The position numbers and the translations under genes were made by a program. Shown here piece by piece: positions 8,793 to 16,832 of a DNA stretch of 64,000 nucleotides. Location: NCBI GenBank assembly GCA_964538415.1, contig CAZIFX010000003.1:2073-66072 (forward strand). Direction: 5' to 3'. This DNA comes from an uncultured Halobellus sp. Its GTDB lineage: Archaea > Halobacteriota > Halobacteria > Halobacteriales > Haloferacaceae. Numbering within the stretch: the first letter of the stretch is position 1; every line of letters begins with the position of its first letter. The notes under the pieces were generated by a model, which had not been told where the DNA came from, searched no databases, and saw only the letters and a list, made by a program, of their open reading frames with translations.

Positions 8793-9215
8793 TCAGCTCC
8801 GAAGCCGGCGATGCTGGACTTTCAGACACTCGTCTTGAACGATCTCGAGTCCGTCGGCTTCAGCGTCAGCAACCGCCTCGTCGTGGCCGATCCCGAGCTG
8901 TAGCCAGACGCGGCCGGCGTCGCCTCGCATCGCGTGTCGGCTTCGAACCGCCTCCAGGATCGCGGGCACCTCCTCGCTCGGGCGGAAGACGTCGACCAGA
9001 TCGACGGTCTCCTCCACGTCGCCGATCTCGTCGTACGCCCGTTCGCCGAGGATCTCGTCCGCGAAGGGGTTGACCGGAAGTACCCGATATCCCTGCCGCT
9101 GGAGGTACGCCGGCACGTCGTGGGCCGCCTTGCCGGGGGTGGTCGAACAGCCGATCACGGCTATCGTTTCGGCGTCGAGAAACGCGTCGATCTCGTCGTC
9201 GCGGGTGACGGGCAT
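8793..9215 (-). CDS. CoA-binding protein (YccU-like)
   Basis: IAVIGCS, PVNP, DVFRPS, WLQLGI, DECLK. Confidence 0.9.
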   Translation of the reverse strand: MPVTRDDEIDAFLDAETIAVIGCSTTPGKAAHDVPAYLQRQGYRVLPVNPFADEILGERAYDEIGDVEETVDLVDVFRPSEEVPAILEAVRSRHAMRGDAGRVWLQLGIGHDEAVADAEADGLEIVQDECLKVQHRRLRS

Positions 9216-9262
9216 GTCGCGACGTACGGAGCGTGATGAATAAAAGGCCGCGACCGCCGCCC

Positions 9263-9871
9263 TCACTGCGCCAACCGGATCTTCGGCTCGTCATCCTCGG
9301 AGAGGGTGACGACGCCGTCGAACAGCTGCGTGAGCGTGTTCATCGTCTGGTCGTCGTGGGCCGTCGCGTCGATACAAAAGAGACCCAGACCGTCGACGCT
9401 CTGGATGCGGCCGGTGAAGACGTGGAGGAACCGAAAGACCGTCTGAAGGTCGGAGTACATGAGCAGCGTCGACAGCGAGTGAACCATGATCCGGTTGCGC
9501 TTGATCCCTCGATCGCGGTGGAACGCCTGGAGGAACTCCGAGAGCTTGATCCCGATCCCGGTCATGTCTACCGGCGAGGAGGTGTATTTGATCCGGTCGT
9601 CGTCGCGCACGTCGCCGACGCCCTGCTGGCGCGTGACGCAATCGACCACCGCGACCGGCTTCCCCTCGTAGGACGTTCGTTTCGCGTAGTCGTCGAGGAC
9701 GCGGTCCGCACTGTCCTTCGTCGTCACGATGATCGCGCCGTCGCCGTCCTCGGTGCCGCCGGCGAGCACGTCCATCGCGAGCTTTCGTTTACCGGTCAGC
9801 GGTGGCCCCCTGAAGAGCAGGTTCGTACCCGGAGGGACCTCAGTCTCCAGATGTGGGGCGAGATCATACAT
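9263..9871 (-). CDS. RAD55/KaiC-like P-loop protein
   Basis: GPPLTGKR Walker A variant; SPVDMTGIG; HSLSTLLMY; QLFDG. Confidence 0.85.
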   Translation of the reverse strand: MYDLAPHLETEVPPGTNLLFRGPPLTGKRKLAMDVLAGGTEDGDGAIIVTTKDSADRVLDDYAKRTSYEGKPVAVVDCVTRQQGVGDVRDDDRIKYTSSPVDMTGIGIKLSEFLQAFHRDRGIKRNRIMVHSLSTLLMYSDLQTVFRFLHVFTGRIQSVDGLGLFCIDATAHDDQTMNTLTQLFDGVVTLSEDDEPKIRLAQ

Positions 9872-10077
9872 AGGTGTGCCTCGACGCCGAGCCTACCGAG
9901 TGCAGCCACTCATTCGACGGGGGAACCGTCCAACCGGGAGCCATCAACTATGCGTAAGATATTCGCTCCGTATAATATTCTTTTTGATTACCCCCGTCGG
10001 CGTCGTCCTCGCTTCTCGCCACGAGCGCTGCGTCGGATCGCGAGGCTTAAACGATCGGATCCGATACCAAGGTGTAC

Positions 10078-10152
10078 GGGCGCTTAGCTCAGTCTGGATA
10101 GAGTGCTTGGCTTCGGACCAAGTTGTCGGGGGTTCAAATCCTCCAGCGCTCA
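10078..10152 (+). tRNA. tRNA-Arg (anticodon TCG)
   Basis: Acceptor GGGCGCT/AGCGCTC, anticodon arm CTTGG-CTTCGGA-CCAAG, T-loop GTTCAAATC; CTTAAA box ~30 nt upstream. Confidence 0.96.
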
Positions 10153-10347
10153 TGAGTCGTTTTCTCCCGGAGATCGCAACCGATAGCGACTGTAACGGTG
10201 TTTGGATCTTACACGAAATCAAGGAGAAAGCCCACGACTTCAGTCGTGGGATGAATCCGACCACACACGGCGCAAACCATTCTCGATAGCCGGCCGAGGG
10301 TTGGTGAAGACATAACATATAATATAGATTGATATCCATCTAATCGT

Positions 10348-10737
10348 ATGCCACGCGGGTACAGTCGAGAGCGAACGTCGGTTCACAACCTCCACTACCA
10401 CTTCGTGTGGTGCCCGAAGTACCGCAAGCCGGTGCTGACGGACGAGGTTGCCGACCGCCTCGAACAACTCATCGAAGAGAAAGCCGACGAACTCAACCTC
10501 GACATTCTCCGACTGGCAATCCAGCCCGACCACGTACACCTGTTCATCACGGGCAGCCCGAAGCTTGCACCGAACAAAATCATCCAGCAGGTCAAAGGCT
10601 ACACCTCACGGAACCTCCGCGACGAGTTTGACTTCGGCCTCCCCTCGCTGTGGACGCGATCGTACTTCGTCTCTTCGGCAGGGGAGGTGTCAAGCCAGAC
10701 CATTGAGGAGTACATCGAAGCACAGACTGGACGGTAA
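10348..10737 (+). CDS. tnpA: IS200-type HUH/Y1 transposase
   Basis: YHFVWCPKYR, DHVHL (HUH), LWTRSYF, YIEAQ (catalytic Tyr). Confidence 0.96.
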   Translation: MPRGYSRERTSVHNLHYHFVWCPKYRKPVLTDEVADRLEQLIEEKADELNLDILRLAIQPDHVHLFITGSPKLAPNKIIQQVKGYTSRNLRDEFDFGLPSLWTRSYFVSSAGEVSSQTIEEYIEAQTGR

Positions 10738-10739
10738 CG

Positions 10740-11912
10740 ATGCGCCGGGAAGTCACCACCACGGTACGGCTCAAACTCCACTCGCTCACTGAGCGAAAAA
10801 CCCGTCTCGTCGAACGCGAATACACCGCGTTCCAAGACGCCGTTCACGGTGACGATGACGCGAACCTCTACTCCGCCACCAAGCAACAGGCGGGGAAAGT
10901 CCAGTCGAACAAGAATCCCCGAGCTGACACCGAACAACCAGTCGTCCTCCGCAACGACTGTATCACCATCGAACACGACGAGGACACGGTTCTTTCGTCG
11001 TGGTGGTTCAAACTCCCCGTCTACAACCCCGAGAAAGAACGTGGTGATAGCATCTGGGTGCCAGTCCGCGTCCCCGAGAAGGACACGCACCTCCTCAAAG
11101 ACGAGTGTATCTGCGACTCGGAACTCGTCCATCGGGACGGCGAGTGGTATGTTCACCTCGTCTGCAAGCGGTCTGTGGCCGTCGCAGACGAATACGATGA
11201 CGTTCTCGCCGTCGATATGGGTGCGAAGTGGATCGCCGTCAGCACGTTTCTCTCTGACCGCGACACGCAGTTCCACGGCGCGGAAGTCCGTCGCGTCCGT
11301 GAACACTACAAACAACTCCGCAAGAGCATCGGGAAGGCGAAGGTGCGCTCGGGATCACAAGTAATCGAACGCCTTGGGGACAAGGAATCGAGAACGGTCG
11401 AACACGAGTTGCACCAAGTGGCGAACGAACTCGTCGATCGGGCTCGGGAGCGCAACGCCGTACTCGTGTTCGGTGATATGACTGGGTTGCGTTTCGACAA
11501 CGACGAAGGGCGGTACGTGAACGACAAGGTCCACAAGATGCCATACGCGAAGATGGCGAACATCCTCACGTACAAAGCCCACCTCGACGGGCGAGAGTGC
11601 ATCCCAGTCAAGGAGTACGACACGTCTGTGACGTGTTGGCGGTGTGGGTCGCAGAACACGAGTCGGGAAGTGCAGGGTCGTGTCGAGTGCCACGACTGTG
11701 GACTGGACGACAACGGCGACAAGAATGGCGCGGCGAACATCGGCAAACGAGCCGTCGGTAAGAACATTCAGAGTCCGCTATCGACGGTGGGGGCTGTTGT
11801 GGCTCAGCCCGAAACGCAGGTCGTACTCAAGGGAACCAACGGTGAGATGGAACCTGCGAACTCCCCAGACGACGTGGGCCTAACCCTCAGTGAGGGAAGC
11901 CCACGACTTTAG
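10740..11912 (+). CDS. tnpB: RNA-guided endonuclease TnpB
   Basis: RuvC-I AVDMG; Zn finger CWRC...CHDC; RuvC-III DKNGAANI; stop codon lies within the right-end hairpin. Confidence 0.93.
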   Translation: MRREVTTTVRLKLHSLTERKTRLVEREYTAFQDAVHGDDDANLYSATKQQAGKVQSNKNPRADTEQPVVLRNDCITIEHDEDTVLSSWWFKLPVYNPEKERGDSIWVPVRVPEKDTHLLKDECICDSELVHRDGEWYVHLVCKRSVAVADEYDDVLAVDMGAKWIAVSTFLSDRDTQFHGAEVRRVREHYKQLRKSIGKAKVRSGSQVIERLGDKESRTVEHELHQVANELVDRARERNAVLVFGDMTGLRFDNDEGRYVNDKVHKMPYAKMANILTYKAHLDGRECIPVKEYDTSVTCWRCGSQNTSREVQGRVECHDCGLDDNGDKNGAANIGKRAVGKNIQSPLSTVGAVVAQPETQVVLKGTNGEMEPANSPDDVGLTLSEGSPRL

Positions 11913-11948
11913 TCGTGGGAGAAGTCACTTCAGACCGTTCCGGAGGGC
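11760..11948 (+). ncRNA. Putative omega-RNA overlapping the tnpB 3' end, with guide TTCAGACCGTTCCGG...
   Basis: Inferred from the established TnpB locus architecture; right end at TCAC 11925-11928; 5' boundary approximate. Confidence 0.5.
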
Positions 11949-12257
11949 GTTCCGGACGACCGTCGTGCCGTCGTACAGGAGTATCACGATAATCTCCGTC
12001 GAATACTCACCGTGCCCGTAGACTCACGCATCCTGGAGGCCGACGACCGGATCGAGGGACTCTCGCGGTTCACGAAGTCGGCGGACCTGCTCGTCACCAC
12101 GACAGAGCGGCGCGGGCTACGTGGTGCGGTGTTCGGTCGTCCCGGCGACCGACTCGTCGACAGCGTCGACTGCACCGCCATCATGGTGCAACCGCCGGAC
12201 AGGCGGCAGTCCGGGTTCATCCAGCGAGCCATCCTCGATCGGTTGTTCAACAAATAA
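11929..12257 (+). pseudogene. C-terminal USP-like domain fragment (as in haloarchaeal amino-acid permease-USP fusions), interrupted by the IS
   Basis: Open frame QTVPEGVPDDRRAVVQEYH...GAVFGRPGDRLVDSVDCTAIMV; joins in frame to ...GVWIL upstream of the IS. Confidence 0.6.
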
Positions 12258-12410
12258 CGTCCTCCACGCCGTGAGCGGCGGGATACTCTCGCCGTATCGA
12301 GATAGCCGCGATTCGAGAGACCCGACCCCTTCCCGCAGCGAGAGGCTGTTGCAGCCAGTATGGCTTGATATGAGGGCTGCTTTCCCGTCCCTCTTCGGAC
12401 GTTCCCAGTG

Positions 12411-12462
12411 TCACCGAGAGTCAAGAAGAAGGCCCCGTGTTTTATACCGGGGAGGATCTCAT
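12411..12462 (+). mobile_element. Degenerate solo IS200/IS605 end (left/right-end hybrid scar)
   Basis: TCAC-N6-TCAAGAAGAAGGCCC matches TTAC-N6-TCAAGGAGAAAGCCC of the IS at 10209; hairpin CCCCG...CGGGG; ends GGAGGATCTCA like a right end. Confidence 0.55.
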
Positions 12463-12525
12463 CGCCCAGCACTTCCCGGACAGCACTGAGCGCCCCGCTG
12501 AGAACTGATCGTGCACCGAGCGAAA

Positions 12526-13206
12526 TCACGAACGATCGAGCCGCCGGAACGACCGCCCCGCGAGCCAGACCGCGAACAGCGTGATGGCGAGCGTCGCGGC
12601 CGCCAGTCCGATGCCGGGCTCATACAGCAGCGGCGGGTGGTAGCCGAGCCCGTAGTCGACGACGACGTTGACGATGCCGAGCGCCGCCGCCAGGGCGAGC
12701 GCGCCGGGAGTCGTGCGCCCGAACGCCGGAAACAGGAGCGCAAGCCCGACGAAACAGAGGTGGGTCCCGAGGACGCCCCAGTAGTAGATCCACGCGTCGG
12801 GCGCCGAGACGTACGCCTCGAACGCGAGGTTCAACGCGACGAACGGCCACAGCCCGAAGGTAACGAGCCAGACGAACGCGAGCGTGTGGAGGTACGCAAG
12901 GGGCCGGTTCGTCGGCACGTCATCCACGGATTCGCCGGAGCCGACCGTCGGTAGCAGCGTCGCCAGCGACAACAGCGCGAGCCCCACGGCGACCGCCGAG
13001 TCGGCGTACAGCGGCCAAAGCACCGTCGGCACCTCCGGGAGGGTAGGGACGTAGTACTCGATCCCGACGAGGAGCATGAACGCCGTGAGAAGGAGGACGA
13101 CGCCGAGGCTCCGTGGCTCGCCAAGCAGTTCCCGTGCGAGCGCGACCCTGACCCGTCGCCGGACGGCAGGGTCCGGGAGACGACCGACCCGATCGAGACC
13201 CTTCAC
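12526..13206 (-). CDS. DUF1405-like integral membrane protein
   Basis: LWPLYADS, FGLW, GTHL, NVVVDY; GTG 13206 lies ~25 nt downstream of a TATATA box. Confidence 0.8.
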   Translation of the reverse strand: MKGLDRVGRLPDPAVRRRVRVALARELLGEPRSLGVVLLLTAFMLLVGIEYYVPTLPEVPTVLWPLYADSAVAVGLALLSLATLLPTVGSGESVDDVPTNRPLAYLHTLAFVWLVTFGLWPFVALNLAFEAYVSAPDAWIYYWGVLGTHLCFVGLALLFPAFGRTTPGALALAAALGIVNVVVDYGLGYHPPLLYEPGIGLAAATLAITLFAVWLAGRSFRRLDRS

Positions 13207-13249
13207 GCTTTGGACTGAGTCGCCCGGCGTATATATGTCACCGAGATCG

Positions 13250-13303
13250 TGAGGCGTCGACCGCGAGGTCATGAGGCGTCGACCGCGAGGTCATGAGGCG
13301 TCG
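13250..13303. repeat. 22-bp tandem repeat (about 2.5 copies), intergenic
   Basis: TGAGGCGTCGACCGCGAGGTCA x2 plus a partial copy. Confidence 0.9.
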
Positions 13304-13379
13304 TTCGACCGTCACGCGGGATTATCAAACGTCGATATTTGCGAGGAACCTTTTTTAACGGTCGGGCAGTGGGAGCCTC

Positions 13380-16300
13380 ATGGCCATGGAGGATGCCGAG
13401 CGCTCGCCCGACGATCCGGGTGAGAGGGAGCCGTCGGCGTCCACGAGCGACGCGTCGGATGATCGATATACGTGGCGGAGGTTTCTGCAGGAACACGGGC
13501 ACGCCGACGCGGCGGAGCAGCTGTACGACGACATCGAGTCCGTCCCGGCGGTTCCGAGGAAGGAAGTCGAGGAGACCGCCGACACGGACGATCGCCGGGA
13601 CGCGGACGATCACGAGGACATCGACGAGCGCGAGGACGTCGATCACGAGGACACCGACGAGCGCGAGGACGTCGAACGCCATCCGGTGCGGGCGCCGACC
13701 GCCGCGGAGTGGGATCGGGTCGACATCGATCCGGCGGCGTTTCTCGGCTTCCATCCAGCGGAAACCGAACGACGGGTGTGGGCCGCGAACGCGGCCGCGC
13801 GGGAGCTTTTCGACCGCTGTCACGAGCGGTACGACCAGTACGAGGTGCCGGTGTTACAGGGGTACTATACGTGGGACGACTACCGCCGCGAGTTCTTCCT
13901 CGATGCGGACGGAAATCCGCCGACCGACGAGGAGGACGAACCGCTCGAGTTCACCCACGAGGACGAGGTGGACGCGTTGGGCTTCGATCCGGACCGCGTC
14001 GAGGATCGGCTCGGCGGCGGGGCGAACGCGGCCCGGACGCTCGGGGACGTCGTCGACGAGCGAACCGTCGAGGTCGATCCCGAAATCGACGAGGACGCGT
14101 TCTTCTCGACGGCTGCGGGCACCACGACGCTCGTGAACCGATACGACCTCGAGAAGGCGGTGCCGATGGCGAAGAAGACCCACTTCCGGGAGGTGGAGCG
14201 CTACTGGGTGAACGAGCCGTACGCGTTCGTGATCGTCTTCCACTCGACGAAGGAGAACGAGAAAAAGTACTACGCGATACAGCCACACCTGACGCGGATC
14301 GAAGTCGACCTCCAGGAGTTTCTGACCGGGAAGCTTCGTACCTCGATCAAGTACGCCGACGAGTCGATAGCCGGCGGCGACGAGACGTTCCGCGAGGGCG
14401 TCATCGCCGACGAAACCCGTCGATTACTCGCGCGATACGATCTCTACGACGAGACGGACGAGCCGGGATTCGCAAACGAGCTGCTGGACCGTCTCGGCGG
14501 CCCGGACGCCGTTGCCGAACGATTCGGCGTCGACCCGACGACGGGACGGGTCGGGCGGCTGGTCGACGCGCTCGGCTACCGGTCGCCGACGGAGCCGACG
14601 CCGGAACTGTCGGGGATCGCCGCGAGACCGGAGCCGGCGGTGCTGGCGGAGGACCACGAGACGCTCACGGAGTATCAGGTTGAAAAGCTGCTGTACTACC
14701 TCAAACGGGACTTCATCGGCTACGAACGGATCGACCCGATAAAACACGACATCAACGTCGAGGACATCTCCTGTGACGGCTACGAGTCGCCGGTGTTCGT
14801 CTATCACTCCGAGTACGAACAGATCATCTCGAACGTCTTCCACGGCACCGAGGAGCTCGACGACTTCGTCGTGAAGCTCGCACAGCGGTCCGGGAAAGGC
14901 ATCTCCAAGCGGCGGCCACAGGTCGACGCGACCCTGCCGGACGGCTCCCGTGCGCAACTCACGCTCGGGCGGGAGGTCTCGGATCACGGGACGAACTACA
15001 CGATCCGGCAGTTCAACGACGTGCCGTTCACCCCGGTCGACCTCATCAACTGGAAGACGTTCTCGCTCGACCAGATGGCGTTTCTCTGGCTCTGCATCGA
15101 GAACCACAAGAGCCTGCTTTTCGCCGGCGGGACCGCCTCCGGGAAGACGACGAGCCTGAACGCGGTCTCGCTTTTCATTCCCTCGAACTCGAAGATCGTC
15201 TCCATCGAGGACACCCGCGAGGTCGAACTGCCTCAGCGCAACTGGATCGCGAGCGTGACCCGTCCTTCCTTCTCGGACGACGACAAGGGCGACATCGACG
15301 AGTTCGACCTGCTGGAGGCGGCGCTTCGCCAGCGACCCGACTACATCGTGATGGGCGAGATCCGCGGCGAGGAGGGGCGGACCGCCTTCCAAGTCATGTC
15401 GACGGGCCACACCACCTACACGACCTTCCACGCCGACTCCGTCGGCGAGGTGCTCAAACGGTTCACGACCCAGCCGATCAACGTCTCGAAGACGATGTTC
15501 ACGGCGCTGGATCTCGTCTCGGTGCAGTCATCGACGCGCGTGCAGGGCCGAAAGGTGCGTCGGAGCAAGTCGCTCACGGAGATCAACCACTACGACGCCG
15601 AGAACGACGAGATCAACGTCCAAGACGTCTACCAGTGGCAGGCCGAGACCGACGAGTTCCTGAAGATGGGCGAGTCGAACACGCTGGAGGAGATCATGTT
15701 CGACCGGGGCTGGAACCGGGAGACGGTCGACGAGGAGCTGCGAAAGCGGCGGGTCGTCCTCGCGTACCTGATCGACCGGGGGCTGAACACGTACGCGCAG
15801 GTGGCGGCGACCTTCCAAGCGTTCATCAACGACCCGGAGACCATCCTCGCACTGATGGCGAACGACGACCTCGAACGGTCGCTGCAGGACCTCCGCGAGA
15901 TGGAGTCGGTCCTTATCAACGTCGAACGCGAAAAGGAGGAGCTGGTTCCGCGGCCCGACCCGGACGAGGCGGGTCGCACGGAAGTCGAGGGGATCCTCGC
16001 GGAGGCGGAGGACCTGTTCGAGACGTATCGCGGGGAGACGCCGGACTCGGTCGCCGACGCGCTGCTGGAGATGAGACCCGCCCGTGACGTCGCGGCGGAG
16101 CCCGGCGCGGATCACGAGACGCTCGCGGAGGCCGCCCGGGAGGCCGAGGCCATCGACGCGAAGGCCGCGGCCACGGAAACGAGCCACGACGATGGAGACG
16201 GCATCGACGACGGGATCGACTTCGATGAATCGTTCGACGAGGGGATCGGCGTGTTGGACCCGAGCTCGAGAGCTGACCAACCCGCCGACCTGATGGCCGG

Positions 16301-16805
16301 CAGGGGGGTCGACGGAAACGGTGACGTCGGTGGACGCAACGACGTCGACGACAATGACGACGGTGACGTCGATGGCGACGACGGTGACGTCGATGGCGAC
16401 GACGGCGAGGCCATTGGCGGGAACGATGACGGCGATGACGTGGACGGGAGCGACGACGATCGGGCCGATCGGCAGGCTACGTCGGATCCCGTCGATGGAA
16501 CGGAGCGGCCGGGTAGCGTCACCCCCGAGAGGGTGACGCCGCGATCGACGGGAAACGGAACGAAATCGGTCGTGAAAAAGTCGACATCGGAGATCGGGAA
16601 ACCGACGGAGCAGATCGAATCGGCCGAATCGGGCGCGAAAACGGACGGGCCGGAGGTTGGTTCGGGGAACACGGAGGCGGGCTCGGAGCAGGTCGATCAA
16701 ACCGACGAGAGCGAGCGAACCGGCGACGACGAGGACGAAATCGACGAGGATGACGAGATCGATGGATGGCGCTTCGGAGGGACGAAGGCCGGCGAGGAGG
16801 GCTGA
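13380..16805 (+). CDS. pilB: Type IV pilus assembly ATPase with long acidic N- and C-terminal extensions
   Basis: GGTASGKTT, SIEDTRE, ALRQRPDYIVMGEIRG, TGH..TFHA; followed by pilC and pilins. Confidence 0.92.
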   Translation: MAMEDAERSPDDPGEREPSASTSDASDDRYTWRRFLQEHGHADAAEQLYDDIESVPAVPRKEVEETADTDDRRDADDHEDIDEREDVDHEDTDEREDVERHPVRAPTAAEWDRVDIDPAAFLGFHPAETERRVWAANAAARELFDRCHERYDQYEVPVLQGYYTWDDYRREFFLDADGNPPTDEEDEPLEFTHEDEVDALGFDPDRVEDRLGGGANAARTLGDVVDERTVEVDPEIDEDAFFSTAAGTTTLVNRYDLEKAVPMAKKTHFREVERYWVNEPYAFVIVFHSTKENEKKYYAIQPHLTRIEVDLQEFLTGKLRTSIKYADESIAGGDETFREGVIADETRRLLARYDLYDETDEPGFANELLDRLGGPDAVAERFGVDPTTGRVGRLVDALGYRSPTEPTPELSGIAARPEPAVLAEDHETLTEYQVEKLLYYLKRDFIGYERIDPIKHDINVEDISCDGYESPVFVYHSEYEQIISNVFHGTEELDDFVVKLAQRSGKGISKRRPQVDATLPDGSRAQLTLGREVSDHGTNYTIRQFNDVPFTPVDLINWKTFSLDQMAFLWLCIENHKSLLFAGGTASGKTTSLNAVSLFIPSNSKIVSIEDTREVELPQRNWIASVTRPSFSDDDKGDIDEFDLLEAALRQRPDYIVMGEIRGEEGRTAFQVMSTGHTTYTTFHADSVGEVLKRFTTQPINVSKTMFTALDLVSVQSSTRVQGRKVRRSKSLTEINHYDAENDEINVQDVYQWQAETDEFLKMGESNTLEEIMFDRGWNRETVDEELRKRRVVLAYLIDRGLNTYAQVAATFQAFINDPETILALMANDDLERSLQDLREMESVLINVEREKEELVPRPDPDEAGRTEVEGILAEAEDLFETYRGETPDSVADALLEMRPARDVAAEPGADHETLAEAAREAEAIDAKAAATETSHDDGDGIDDGIDFDESFDEGIGVLDPSSRADQPADLMAGRGVDGNGDVGGRNDVDDNDDGDVDGDDGDVDGDDGEAIGGNDDGDDVDGSDDDRADRQATSDPVDGTERPGSVTPERVTPRSTGNGTKSVVKKSTSEIGKPTEQIESAESGAKTDGPEVGSGNTEAGSEQVDQTDESERTGDDEDEIDEDDEIDGWRFGGTKAGEEG

Positions 16806-16832
16806 CGTGATGGCCGATCAGGGTGTGGAATC

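Larger units (their letters stand above)
10213..11928 (+). mobile_element. Complete IS200/IS605-family element (tnpA + tnpB)
   Basis: Target TTAC at 10209-10212; left hairpin CCCACGAC-TTCA-GTCGTGGG (10231-10250); right hairpin CCCACGAC-TTTA-GTCGTGGG (11900-11919) then GAAGTCAC; lower GC than flanks. Confidence 0.93.

Noticed and set aside
9729-10339. ORFs spanning the tRNA-Arg and IS left end
   Set aside because: They overlap a clear tRNA and the IS terminal hairpin and show no recognisable protein features.
10078-12525. Intact integrative element at tRNA-Arg
   Set aside because: No integrase and no duplicated tRNA-Arg 3' end were found in the window.
13250-13303. CRISPR-like array from short repeats (also 32996-33054 and 61975-62035)
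   Set aside because: Units are directly adjacent with no unique spacers, and there are no cas genes in the window.
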